Source: an uncultured Alphaproteobacteria bacterium (GTDB taxonomy: Bacteria; Pseudomonadota; Alphaproteobacteria; RF32; CAG-239). From it: 64,000 bases of DNA. Below are positions 63,809 through 64,000 of the stretch, piece after piece. The position numbers were made by a program, and so were the translations under genes. Every line of letters begins with the position of its first letter. The first letter of the stretch is position 1. Where the stretch lies: contig CALXRP010000007.1 of assembly GCA_944390885.1 (NCBI GenBank), positions 8,756-72,755 of the forward strand. The letters are read 5' to 3'. The notes under the pieces were generated by a model that did no database searches, had not been told where the DNA came from, and saw nothing but the letters and a program-made list of their open reading frames with translations.

Positions 63809-64000
63809 GCCCGTAGAAAGAAACGGCGTTAACTTTTGGTCTCAAAATTCCGGTGCCAAAATCACCAAAATCGATTTTAAGGCCGTTTTTTTGCCCGTAG
63901 AAACGTTTTTGCGGGTATAACTCGGAGATTTTTCTGGTTTTAACGGTACGTTATGCTAAAATCCTTACAGTTTAAATGAATGTAAAGGATAATAAATTGA

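Overview
This window looks like chromosomal DNA from a moderately AT-rich, probably alphaproteobacterial genome. That guess rests on the mrcA-prfB synteny, AapJ/Liv-type binding proteins and opgGH, and is low confidence. Housekeeping genes flank both sides: a PBP1A 3' end, prfB with its canonical +1 frameshift, two alpha/beta hydrolases, a YhdP/AsmA-like giant protein, cysS, galE, glgB-glgX-malQ, an MFS transporter, mutT, opgG-orf-opgH, mscL, a Liv-type binding protein and ssb. A ~28 kb prophage-like element lies directly downstream of tRNA-Leu(CAA), at about 13.2-41.4 kb. It has a CI/LexA-type repressor, small and large terminase, a GroES-like gene, portal, scaffold, major capsid, tail and fibre genes, and a holin/spanin cluster. 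No integrase, replication or recombination gene is visible, and there is no tape-measure gene, so the gene order looks podovirus/P22-like. The most unusual feature is a set of strongly AT-rich accessory cassettes inside the late operon. Three of them are bracketed by 88-175 bp direct duplications of backbone intergenic or 5'-CDS sequence. Several begin with a gene that has a virion-protein-derived N-terminus (a MuF core, a Q/P-rich virion protein, or the first 11 codons of a fibre-like gene). These are followed by small polytopic membrane or secreted proteins, including a tandemly duplicated four-gene module. I read this as a candidate phage-borne polymorphic effector/immunity system, with ordinary morons or a lysis module as alternatives. 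Other oddities are a 551-aa secreted protein with about 60 cysteines, a 123-bp-period tandem array of palindromic MITE-like repeats, and a paralogous tail-fibre tip gene.
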